From the NCBI GenBank assembly GCA_964546395.1, contig CAZJJT010000001.1:1-45355 (forward strand): a stretch of 45,355 nucleotides of DNA. The letters run 5' to 3'. A model generated the notes under the pieces. That model was not told where the DNA came from. It saw nothing but the letters and a program-made list of their open reading frames with translations, and did not search any database. Positions 17,174-24,774 of the stretch are shown one piece after another (position 1 is the first letter of the stretch; each line of letters begins with the position of its first letter). Source of the DNA: an uncultured Fibrobacterota bacterium. GTDB lineage: Bacteria; Fibrobacterota; Chitinivibrionia; Chitinivibrionales; CAZJJT01. Position numbers and translations under genes: made by a program.

Positions 17174-17223
17174 GCTTTCCGCTCCAATCCCGGCTGACCC
17201 ACGCCGGGCTTTCCGCTGCAATC
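17174..17223. repeat. Direct repeat GCTTTCCGCTNCAATC x2; candidate operator or leader element upstream of GH31
   Basis: GCTTTCCGCTCCAATC at 17174-17189 and GCTTTCCGCTGCAATC at 17208-17223 match at 15 of 16 positions. A small hairpin lies between them (cccggc...gccggg). Confidence 0.4.
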
Positions 17224-17318
17224 GCTGCCGCAACAGCGCCCTCCCCTTTGTATCTTACTCTGCTGAACCACGCTGCCTGTCAACTCAACATCTCATCGAC
17301 TCAACGTCTTGCCTTCCC

Positions 17319-19706
17319 ATGAACTCCTACGACTCCGATTCCTACGCCAGCGACTACCTTCCCGAGAAGTCCATCTACCAGGATGACGGCCGCATGTTTC
17401 ACCGCGGTGGGTACCAGTACGAGACCGTCGAGTCTGCCTCCGGTGCGGCGATGGACGATGGTGCGTTGACTCTCGATCTGGCACTGATTGGCGGATCGCG
17501 CGCGAAACTGGCGGTTGTGCCGTTGGCAGACACCGCGCTTCGGGTGCAGGTGTCCAAGGGGGGCGCCGTGTTCGACGAGACCAGTGCCATGGTCCCCGCG
17601 CTCCCGTCGCAGCGCCCGAAGTGCCGGCTGACCGAGCGAAAGGGGTCGGTTGCACTTGCCTGGGCCGGCAGAACACTCGAGGTGGCGCTCAAGCCGTTCA
17701 CCATGCGGGTGCTCGACAGTAACGGTGCCGTTGTCCTGGAGCTGGAGACCGAAAAGATCGCCGGCAAGCACATCTGCCCGCCTCTGGGGTTCCGAACCAA
17801 CCCCCGCGAGTCGTGCCCCTATCTCAGCTGGAAACTCGACATCGACAGCCGCTACTTCGGTCTGGGCGAGAAGTTCGGGAAAGTGGAGAAGACCGGCACG
17901 CGTTCGACGATCTGGTCCTCCGACACCTGCGGCAGCAACACCACCGACATGAGCTACAAGGCCGTGCCCGTGCTGTTCTCCACCGCGGGGTGGGGCATGA
18001 TGCTCCACAGTTCCTACCGCTCCTTCTGGGAGATCGGCACGTTCTCGCACACCGCCGGCTCATTCCTCACGCAGGACCCGAAACTCGACCTGTTCCTGTT
18101 TTTCGGCAGTTCGCTGAAAGACCTGCTCGCGGCCTACACCGGCCTGACCGGCCGACCCTCGATGCCGCCCACGTGGGCCATGGGCCTGTGGATGAGCCGT
18201 TGTCAGTACATGAACCGCGCTGAGGTCGACACGGTGCTCGCGCGTATCCGCGCCGAGCGGATCCCCTGCGATGTCGTCCACCTCGATCCGCTCTGGATGA
18301 AGACGCACTGGTACTACGCGATCGGCGTTGATGCCTGCGATTTTGTGCGCAACGACGAGGGGTTCCCCGATCAGCCTGCCATGTTCAAGGCATTCACAGA
18401 CCAGGGGTTCAACACCGACCTCTGGGTCAACCCGTATATCCCCGAAGGTGGCGCAACCTACGCCGAGGCGGCCTCGCAAGGCTACCTGCTGAAGTCGACG
18501 AAGGGTGGCTGGGCACGACTGGAGCATGGCAACCCGGTGGGGATGGTCGATTTCACCAACCCCGATGCGCGCGAGTGGTGGAAAGAGCACCTGCGGTGCC
18601 AGCTCCGTGACGGGGCTTCGGTGTTCAAGCCTGACTACGGCGACCGGGTGCCCGAGGACGCGCTGTTCCACAACGGCCGGACCGGCCGCGAGCTGCACAA
18701 CCTCTACCTGCACCTGTTCTCGGAGTGCGCGTACGAAGCAGCAAGGGAAGTTCGCGGCGAGGGAATTGTCTGGCGGCGTGCCGGCTATATCGGTACGCAG
18801 CGGTATCCCGGCACGTGGGCTGGCGACACGCAGGCGAGTTGGAAGGGGATGCGCGGCTGCCTTCGGGGCGGGCTGTCGGCGGGCCTTACGGGCGAGCCGT
18901 TCTGGAGCCACGACATGGGCGGATTCACCGGACCAAAGCCCTCGCCCGAGCTCTACATCCGCTGGTCGCAGTTCGGACTGCTCTCGCCCCTCTCGCGGTT
19001 CCACGGCACCACGCCGCGCGAACCCTGGGAATACGGCGATACCGCACTCGCGGTTGTCAAGCACTACACGAAACTGCGCTACAGTCTCATGCCCTACCTG
19101 CTCGCCTGCGCACAGCAGGCCTGCGATACGGGGGTCGCGATCCTTCGCCACCTGGCGCTCGAGTTTCCCCGCGAGCCCAACGTCGACACCCTCGACGACC
19201 AGTACATGCTCGGCGACTCTCTGCTGGTCGCACCGGTCATCGGCGACGGGACACGCTCACGGCCGGTGTACTTCCCGGCTGGAACGTGGTGTGCGCTCGA
19301 GCGGGAAGGGAGCGTTGTCGAGGGACCTGGCTTCGCAACCGTTCCGGCGCCGCTCAACCGTATCCCGGTGTTCGTCCGTGGGGGCGCCCTCGTCCCGCGC
19401 TACATCCACAATCCCCAACATCTCAAGGGCCCCGTGCCCCGTCGCATCCGACTCGATGTCTACCCGGGCAAACAGGGGTCGGTGCAGTTCACCGACCGTG
19501 GGGTGAGTCTGCGGGCCTCGGCGCGCCGCACCAGCTCGGGGCTGCGCCTGCGCATCGACCCGGCGCCGTTCGAGGTAGTGGTGAACCTGAAGAGCATGCG
19601 CGCCCGCAGGCCCGCAGCGCGGAGCGGTGTGCGCAGTTGGGAAAGCAACGCGAGAGGAACATCGTTCACGGTCGACGCAGCCAAGGGGGTGTCGCTCACG
19701 CTGTGA
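17319..19706 (+). CDS. Glycoside hydrolase family 31 (alpha-xylosidase/alpha-glucosidase, YicI-like)
   Basis: Motifs are VHLDPLWMK, the nucleophile region VFKPDYGDRVPED and the acid/base region YPGTWAGDTQASW. I trimmed 101 non-protein-like residues from the track ORF and start at the ATG at 17319 (MNSYDSD...). No SD is visible, so the start is uncertain. Confidence 0.85.
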   Translation: MNSYDSDSYASDYLPEKSIYQDDGRMFHRGGYQYETVESASGAAMDDGALTLDLALIGGSRAKLAVVPLADTALRVQVSKGGAVFDETSAMVPALPSQRPKCRLTERKGSVALAWAGRTLEVALKPFTMRVLDSNGAVVLELETEKIAGKHICPPLGFRTNPRESCPYLSWKLDIDSRYFGLGEKFGKVEKTGTRSTIWSSDTCGSNTTDMSYKAVPVLFSTAGWGMMLHSSYRSFWEIGTFSHTAGSFLTQDPKLDLFLFFGSSLKDLLAAYTGLTGRPSMPPTWAMGLWMSRCQYMNRAEVDTVLARIRAERIPCDVVHLDPLWMKTHWYYAIGVDACDFVRNDEGFPDQPAMFKAFTDQGFNTDLWVNPYIPEGGATYAEAASQGYLLKSTKGGWARLEHGNPVGMVDFTNPDAREWWKEHLRCQLRDGASVFKPDYGDRVPEDALFHNGRTGRELHNLYLHLFSECAYEAAREVRGEGIVWRRAGYIGTQRYPGTWAGDTQASWKGMRGCLRGGLSAGLTGEPFWSHDMGGFTGPKPSPELYIRWSQFGLLSPLSRFHGTTPREPWEYGDTALAVVKHYTKLRYSLMPYLLACAQQACDTGVAILRHLALEFPREPNVDTLDDQYMLGDSLLVAPVIGDGTRSRPVYFPAGTWCALEREGSVVEGPGFATVPAPLNRIPVFVRGGALVPRYIHNPQHLKGPVPRRIRLDVYPGKQGSVQFTDRGVSLRASARRTSSGLRLRIDPAPFEVVVNLKSMRARRPAARSGVRSWESNARGTSFTVDAAKGVSLTL

Positions 19707-19774
19707 GCGCGAGCATATCGGCTCCCCCCGCCGGAGCACTCCTCAGAGCCGGTTCCGCGACGAACGCAGCGCGT

Positions 19775-21190
19775 TCACAGCGGCTTGACGGTTCTGAACC
19801 CGATGGTCATGTAGCGAAACTCCGGACTGAACCACATCTGGCGCATGTACGAAGTCAGGTTTGTGGTGTCATTGTCCTGGCTTGCGCCGCGCACCGTGCG
19901 CGTGCGCTGCGTGCCCGCGCTCACCGGGCCGGTCGGGTCCACCTGCGGATCGGCCGCATAGTAGTGCCACCAGTCGTTGGTCCACTCCCAGACGTTGCCA
20001 CTCATGTCGTAGAGCCCGAATGCATTGGGCAGCTTCTGGGCAACCGGGTGGCTCATGTCGCTGCTGTTGTCGCGGAACCACGCGTAGTACGTGCTGCTGT
20101 CCACCGATCCCCAGTATCGCTCACCCGTCGTGCCCGCGCGACAGGCGTACTCCCACTGTGCTTCGGAGGGCAGCCGGAACCCGTCACGGTCGTGGTGGAT
20201 CACCAGTCCGGCCATGGCGCTGCACCCATACCCGGGCACACCGGTCAGGCCCGTGTACTCGTACACCGTATCCAGGTCGTCGGTCCGGCTCTGTGCGTTG
20301 CAGAACAGGGCACAGTCGAACCAGGTCACACTCTCCACCGGCAGTTGGTGGTCGTAGGAGAACCCGCGCACCACCGGCGGGCTCACACCCATCACCGCGA
20401 GGTAGCGCTCCTGTGTCACTTCGGTCGTGTCGATGTAGAACCCCTCCGTGAGCGTCACCTGGTGAATGGGAGCCGCCGGGCTTTCGGTGCCCAGCCCACC
20501 CATCATGAACGTGCCGCTGTCGAGCTGTCGCATGCCGTTGACGGCCGGCACCGCTGTCGCGGCCTGCAGGGCCACGTCGTACACGCCTTCCAGTGTGTCA
20601 ATCGACATGATCAGCTGCTGGTAGCCCAGCGCCGTGAACACAAGGGTATCCATGCCTACCGAGACTCGCTTCTCGCGCGCGGCCGTATGCCCCGTTTCAC
20701 GAACGGCACATGCCGGAACGCCGCGTTCCACCGTCGCCATGCGCAGCACTGTCAGTCCGGGACCGCTCTCGAAGCGGACCAGGCGGACCCCACTCGCACC
20801 AAGGCGCGTGCCGAGCGCAAGCCGGTGTTCACCGCTGCCGTACGTACCCCGTGCCACCTCTCGCACCAGCCTGCCCGAAACATCGTGAACGCTCACCGAC
20901 ACGGCTTGTGGGCTCCTGAGACGGAAGCGAAGCGTGCCGCGCTCAAGGGCCACGTCGGCCCGCGGACCAGCGACTGCCGCACCCTCGCTCACCCGTGTGG
21001 CCCCGCTGAGCGTGTACAGCCCGTCGGCATCAGTCGCGCCCATCACGTCGCCCATCATGAGCCACACCCGCACCTGTTCGAGCGGGGCGTTGCCCGGTCC
21101 GGTGACATGCCCGGTAATGGAGACGGGAAGCTGGGCGTACAGCGAACCCGCAAACGCAAGCACTGCGCAGAACGTAGTAGCAGTCCTCAT
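19775..21190 (-). CDS. Secreted multidomain formylglycine-generating-enzyme (FGE-sulfatase/SUMF1) family protein
   Basis: Trimmed to the ATG at 21190; signal peptide is MRTATTFCAVLAFAGSLYAQ. A CarboxypepD_reg-like module follows (ITGHVTGPGNAPLEQVRVWL...TDADGLYTLSG), then an Ig/CTD-like stretch (VSVSVHDVSGRLVREVARGTYGSGEHRLAL). The C-terminal FGE domain carries GFRLPSEAQWEYACRAGT, FGLYDMSGNVWEWTNDWW and RTVRGAS. Confidence 0.85.
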   Translation of the reverse strand: MRTATTFCAVLAFAGSLYAQLPVSITGHVTGPGNAPLEQVRVWLMMGDVMGATDADGLYTLSGATRVSEGAAVAGPRADVALERGTLRFRLRSPQAVSVSVHDVSGRLVREVARGTYGSGEHRLALGTRLGASGVRLVRFESGPGLTVLRMATVERGVPACAVRETGHTAAREKRVSVGMDTLVFTALGYQQLIMSIDTLEGVYDVALQAATAVPAVNGMRQLDSGTFMMGGLGTESPAAPIHQVTLTEGFYIDTTEVTQERYLAVMGVSPPVVRGFSYDHQLPVESVTWFDCALFCNAQSRTDDLDTVYEYTGLTGVPGYGCSAMAGLVIHHDRDGFRLPSEAQWEYACRAGTTGERYWGSVDSSTYYAWFRDNSSDMSHPVAQKLPNAFGLYDMSGNVWEWTNDWWHYYAADPQVDPTGPVSAGTQRTRTVRGASQDNDTTNLTSYMRQMWFSPEFRYMTIGFRTVKPL

Positions 21191-21268
21191 GGTGAAGCCC
21201 TCTCGAAACCAGTCGGGGGGGTGTCTGGATGAGCGCGAGAAGTCGACAGTCCAATATAGCATGCGTGC

Positions 21269-21694
21269 TCAATCGCCCTGGTCATCCACCAGCCGCTTCC
21301 CCATCCCCACCACCTTGTCCTCCGCAAACCCCAGCGCACGGTAGAATCCCATCACGGCCGCGTTGGAGCGGCGCACCTGGATATTCACCTTCGGGCAGCC
21401 CAACGCCGCAAGCCGTGCCAGCGCTTCGTCCACAATCAGCCGAGCGAACCCGCGGCCGCGCATGTCCGGCGCAACAGCCACGTAGTTCAGCGCACCCCGG
21501 TGCCCGTCGTAGCCCGCCATCACCGTTGCCACCACGCGGCCCTCGTACTCGCCCACCAGGAACAGCTCCGGCTGCACCGCGACCTTGCGCGCGATGTCCC
21601 TGTGCGGCTCGTTCTGCGGCACCACCAGCCCGCAATCGCTCCAGAGCTGGACCACCCTCGACTCATCATCGGCGCAAAACTGACGGACTTCCAC
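21269..21694 (-). CDS. GNAT family N-acetyltransferase (~141 aa)
   Basis: Only the C-terminal 141 codons of the 341-aa track ORF look like protein. I use the GTG start at 21694, with GGAGG 8 nt upstream (VEVRQFCADDESRVVQLW...). The acetyl-CoA motif is VAVAPDMRGRGFARLIVDEALARL. Confidence 0.75.
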   Translation of the reverse strand: MEVRQFCADDESRVVQLWSDCGLVVPQNEPHRDIARKVAVQPELFLVGEYEGRVVATVMAGYDGHRGALNYVAVAPDMRGRGFARLIVDEALARLAALGCPKVNIQVRRSNAAVMGFYRALGFAEDKVVGMGKRLVDDQGD

Positions 21695-21841
21695 CAGACC
21701 TGTCCTCCACGGCCGCGACCCATGCTGGAGTGGGTGGACCTTGCTGTACCCAATATCGTTCGCGCCGCGGTTGACGTGTTCGCATGTCAGGCCCGTGCAC
21801 CGCTGGAGTATGCCGCATGCAACACTGGTATATTGCGGTCC

Positions 21842-22771
21842 ATGAAGCATGTGAGATATGCGTGCGCCGCGTTCGCCGCAGCGACAGCCGCCTTGTTCGC
21901 CGGGTGTTCGCGGTCGCCAGTCGCCCACCCCGCAACACCGGTCGCCTTCGTCAGTATCCTGCCGCACGAGTACCTTGCCACACGCGTTGCCGGTGACCGT
22001 TTCCAGATACACACACTCATTGGCCCTGGCCAAAGCCCTCACAGCTATTCGCCCACACCGTCGCAGATAGCGCAGTTGAGTGAGGCGCGCGTGCTGTTCA
22101 GGGCAGGCATCGAGTTCGAGGAAACACTCGTGCAGCGCATCGCGCAGATCGCCAGCGGCATCACGATCGTCGACCTGCGTGAAGGTATCGTGCTGCGAGC
22201 GATGGAGGGCGGGCATGAACACGACGAACAAGGCGAAGTCGGTCACGACCATGGCCGTCATGAGGACCACCAAGCGGGTGTACCCGATCCGCACGTCTGG
22301 ATGTCACCCGTGCTCGCCGCGCGGCAGGCCGCCACCATCCGTGACGTGCTCTCGCAGATAGACACCGCCGGCGCTGCAGTGTTCTCCGCCAACTACGACT
22401 CGCTTGCCGCCGACCTCGACTCGCTTCACCAGCGGCTCACGCGTTCCCTCGCGCCGCATGCCGGCGCAAAGCTGTTCGTGTTCCATCCGGCGTTTGGCTA
22501 CCTTGCCGACCAGTACGGGCTCGAGCAAATCGCGGTCGAAACAGGTGGCAAGGAGCCCAGTGCTCAGTCTCTCGCGCGGCTTATCGAGCTGGCCCACGAG
22601 TACCACCCCGCCGCGATGTTCGTCCAGCCGCAGTTCTCGCAGAAGAGCGCGCGCGCGGTGGCCGCACAGATGGGCTGTGCCGTAGTACCCATCGACCCGC
22701 TCCCCCGCAACTACCTCCAGAGCATGTCCGAGACCGCCCGGGCAATCGAGGATGCACTCCGTGACCATTGA
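21842..22771 (+). CDS. znuA: Zinc ABC transporter substrate-binding lipoprotein with a His-rich loop
   Basis: Trimmed to the ATG at 21842; lipobox in MKHVRYACAAFAAATAALFAGCS. The His/Asp/Glu-rich loop MEGGHEHDEQGEVGHDHGRHEDHQ is followed by DPHVWMSP, which is typical of ZnuA/TroA cluster-9 binding proteins. Confidence 0.8.
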   Translation: MKHVRYACAAFAAATAALFAGCSRSPVAHPATPVAFVSILPHEYLATRVAGDRFQIHTLIGPGQSPHSYSPTPSQIAQLSEARVLFRAGIEFEETLVQRIAQIASGITIVDLREGIVLRAMEGGHEHDEQGEVGHDHGRHEDHQAGVPDPHVWMSPVLAARQAATIRDVLSQIDTAGAAVFSANYDSLAADLDSLHQRLTRSLAPHAGAKLFVFHPAFGYLADQYGLEQIAVETGGKEPSAQSLARLIELAHEYHPAAMFVQPQFSQKSARAVAAQMGCAVVPIDPLPRNYLQSMSETARAIEDALRDH

Positions 22772-23603
22772 GCCGTCTGCCGCAACTCCCGCTCCCGACA
22801 CTGAACCGGTCGTACGGTTCATCAACGTGTGTTTCTCGTACGGTGACCACGAGGTCCTTCACAACCTCTCATTCGCGGTGCACCCGGGAAGCTTCGTCGG
22901 GGTGGTCGGCCCGAATGGCGGCGGCAAGACCACGCTGCTTCGCCTCGCCCTCGGCCTCGAGCGTCCCCACCGCGGCCGCGTTGAGGTGTTCGGCGGGCGC
23001 CCTGAGGCGAGCAGGGGTGCGGTAGGCTATGTCATGCAGCACATGCAGTATGACCCGCGGTTCCCGGCAACCGTGATGGACATCGTGTTGATGGGGCGTT
23101 CGGGCAGGAACCGTATCGGGCCGTACCGCGCAGCGGACCGCGAGGCAGCCGCAGAAGCACTGGTGGCGGTGGGACTCGCAGACCTCGGCCGCCGTCCCTT
23201 CGCGCAGCTCTCGGGGGGCCAGCGCCAGCGTGTGCTGATCGCCCAGGCGCTGGCGGGGAAACCGCGCCTGCTGCTGCTTGATGAGCCCACGGCGAACGTG
23301 GATATCGAGGGCGAGCAGGCCATCCACCAGTTGCTCAGCACACTCAACAGGACACTGACGATCATGTCAGTGTCACACAATGTCAACATGGTGCTCCGCA
23401 CGGTCACGCATGTGCTGTGCGTCAACGGCACTGCCGCGATGAACCCCATCCGCGAACTGCACCCCGACATCGTTGCCCGTGCCAGCGGCGGCGACATGGC
23501 CGTGCTGCACCACGAGGTGAGCTGCCACGTGTTCGACCCGACCCTGTCGCGCAGCAGTCCGCATGCGGCCCAGCCCAACCTGGATGCCGAGGATCCCTCA
23601 TGA
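22752..23603 (+). CDS. znuC: Zinc/manganese ABC transporter ATP-binding protein
   Basis: Walker A GPNGGGKTT, signature LSGGQRQRVLIAQAL, Walker B LLLLDEPTANVD. Its start overlaps the end of znuA by 20 nt. Confidence 0.85.
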   Translation: MHSVTIEPSAATPAPDTEPVVRFINVCFSYGDHEVLHNLSFAVHPGSFVGVVGPNGGGKTTLLRLALGLERPHRGRVEVFGGRPEASRGAVGYVMQHMQYDPRFPATVMDIVLMGRSGRNRIGPYRAADREAAAEALVAVGLADLGRRPFAQLSGGQRQRVLIAQALAGKPRLLLLDEPTANVDIEGEQAIHQLLSTLNRTLTIMSVSHNVNMVLRTVTHVLCVNGTAAMNPIRELHPDIVARASGGDMAVLHHEVSCHVFDPTLSRSSPHAAQPNLDAEDPS

Positions 23604-24478
23604 GCCGGTTCTTCGTGGACCTGTTCCACTACCCCTTCCTGCAATACGCACTCGCCGCCGGCGCGTTGGCCTCGGTCGCTTCGGGTGTGGTGGGAAGCCT
23701 GATAGTGGTGCGCCGCTCCACCTACGTGGCCGGCGCCATTGCCCACTGCGTTCTTGGCGGGATGGGTGCTGCCCGCTACCTCCAGACAGTCTATGGCGTC
23801 GCCTGGGCCACACCGCTTGCCGGCGCCATCATCGCCTCGCTGATCGCCGCGCTCATCATCGCCTGGGCCACCGTCTACGGGCGTGAACGACTCGATTCGA
23901 TACTGAGCATCACCTGGGCCCTCGGCATGTCGATCGGCATCACGTTCATCATGAAGACGCCCGGGTACAGCCAGGACCTGATGAGCTACCTGTTCGGCAG
24001 TATCCTGATGGTGTCGCCGGCGGACCTGGCAGTGATGGCGGTGCTGGACATGGTCATCGTGGCGCTCGTGACACTGTTCTACAATCGCCTGGTCGCCGTG
24101 TGCTTCCACGAGGAAGCGGCCACCGTGCGCGGGATCCCATCCGGCACGTACACGATGGTGCTGCTGATACTCACGGCGCTCACCACGGTGCTCCTCGCGC
24201 AGATCGTGGGAATCGTGCTTGTCATCGCGCTCCTGACTATTCCGGCCGCCACGGTCTCCTACGCGGCAAGCCGACTGTCTTCCATGATGTGGTCGGCGGC
24301 GCTGCTGTGCTTCGCGCTCACCGCTGGCGGACTCGTGATCAGCTATGCCCCCGAATTGCCGGTGGGCGCCACCATCGTGGAACTCGCGGGACTCGTCTAC
24401 CTTGCCGTGGTGACGTACGGTGCGCTGCAGCGCCGCCGCCGACGGCGCCGTCACGGTGCACCTGCCACCAAGCCGTAG
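23600..24478 (+). CDS. znuB: ABC-3 family metal transporter permease
   Basis: Trimmed to the ATG at 23600, which overlaps the znuC stop (ATGA). It reads MSRFFVDLFHYPFLQYALAAGALASVASGVVGSLIVVRR..., a polytopic membrane protein typical of ZnuB/TroCD. Confidence 0.85.
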   Translation: MSRFFVDLFHYPFLQYALAAGALASVASGVVGSLIVVRRSTYVAGAIAHCVLGGMGAARYLQTVYGVAWATPLAGAIIASLIAALIIAWATVYGRERLDSILSITWALGMSIGITFIMKTPGYSQDLMSYLFGSILMVSPADLAVMAVLDMVIVALVTLFYNRLVAVCFHEEAATVRGIPSGTYTMVLLILTALTTVLLAQIVGIVLVIALLTIPAATVSYAASRLSSMMWSAALLCFALTAGGLVISYAPELPVGATIVELAGLVYLAVVTYGALQRRRRRRRHGAPATKP

Positions 24479-24523
24479 TATATTTGCCCCTCAGATCATC
24501 CTTCCGTTTCTCTCCGGGCCCGC

Positions 24524-24750
24524 ATGGATCTTCTTTCCTGGACTGCCGTGTTTGTGGTGAGCCTGGCCGCTCTCATCTGGTCTTCGGATCGGTTCGTGGA
24601 CAATGCCCAGCGCATCGGCCCGCATCTGGGTATCCCGCCGTTCGTGGTGGGCGTGGTCATTGGCGGCGTCAGCGACTCAACCGCACGCCCGGACTCATCA
24701 TGCTCGCGTTCTACGCCTATTTTCTCAGACGGTTGTTCGGGGTGCTGTGA
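24524..24750 (+). pseudogene. Internally deleted, frameshifted relic of a CaCA (Na+/Ca2+ exchanger, YrbG-like) paralogue
   Basis: Frame A (from 24524) gives MDLLSWTAVFVVSLAALIWSSDRFVDNAQRIGPHLGIPPFVVGVVIGGV. This parallels the N-terminus and alpha-1 repeat start of the intact downstream gene (...LAKCADLFVESAVGIARRFRVPKLVVGIVLVSL). After ~24670, a different frame gives RLNRTPGLIMLAFYAYFLRRLFGVL*, which parallels the intact gene's C-terminus YRLTRRKSIVLLGLYTVYIASFF. The ~250 aa in between are missing. Confidence 0.55.
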
Positions 24751-24774
24751 CACAGGAAAGGGTACCACGGAATC

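Noticed and set aside
17016-17318. 101-codon N-terminal extension of the GH31 ORF
   Set aside because: The translation is Cys/Arg/Pro-rich, resembles neither a signal peptide nor a GH31 N-domain, and covers the repeat-rich control region.
18725-21232. 835-aa plus-strand ORF
   Set aside because: It runs out of frame through the 3' part of the GH31 gene and antisense through the whole FGE-family gene. The translation is Arg/His/Pro-rich and not protein-like.
21695-22294. Upstream 200 codons of the 341-aa ORF containing the GNAT
   Set aside because: They overlap the znuA gene on the opposite strand. The GNAT fold is complete from the SD-preceded GTG at 21694.
23027-24454. 475-aa minus-strand ORF over znuC/znuB
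   Set aside because: It is antisense to two genes with strong family motifs. It is extremely His/Arg/Asp-rich and contains no domain I recognise.
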